Sequence record: ON190025.1
DNA length: 64,000 bases
Direction: 5' to 3' (one strand)
Notes under the pieces: generated by a model
Told to the model about the DNA's origin: nothing
Databases searched by the model: none
Seen by the model: only the letters and a program-made list of their open reading frames with translations
Program-made: the position numbers and the translations under genes
Shown here: positions 63,935-64,000 of the stretch, in pieces
How the letters are laid out: every line of letters starts with the position of its first letter
Numbering within the stretch: position 1 is the first letter of the stretch

Positions 63935-64000
63935 CTTTTTAGTGAAAAATTGGTGAAAGTCTCATCGGCTCCTGTGTGGTACGCGGCAGTCTAAAACCTT

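Noticed and set aside
1-64000. CRISPR array, tRNA or rRNA genes
   Set aside because: No repeat-spacer array or cloverleaf recognised by eye; the repeated elements are promoter/terminator cassettes. tRNAscan-SE and CRISPR finders were not run.

Overview
A 64-kb segment of a large T4-superfamily (Tevenvirinae-like) phage genome. Gene content (NadM-Nudix/NatV, 7-deazaguanine genes, K+ channel, TAAATA late promoters) points to a KVP40/nt-1-like vibriophage; this is inferred from protein motifs, with no database search run. It contains the replication module (47-46-45.2-45-44-62-regA-43), RNA repair genes (rnlA, pseT, rnlB), spanins, cd, a folE/queD/queC/queF/GATase/dpdA-like 7-deazaguanine cluster, 31, 49, rIIA/rIIB, grcA, dda, two free-standing homing endonucleases and many small early ORFs. 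Main observations: (1) seven perfect, co-oriented DnaA boxes in the non-coding DNA at the right edge (63826-63934); (2) at least seven dispersed genes sharing a T4 internal-protein-like capsid-targeting N-terminus, mostly behind late promoters, fused to varied payloads (methyltransferase, ART-like domain, HEAT-like repeats, glycine zipper); (3) a GIY-YIG nuclease fused to half of a split adenine methyltransferase, inserted with its own promoter in the deazaguanine cluster; (4) recurrent elements that are both terminator and sigma70 promoter; (5) structured leaders behind late promoters and a 9-bp-periodic TAG array. No CRISPR array, tRNA or rRNA was recognised.
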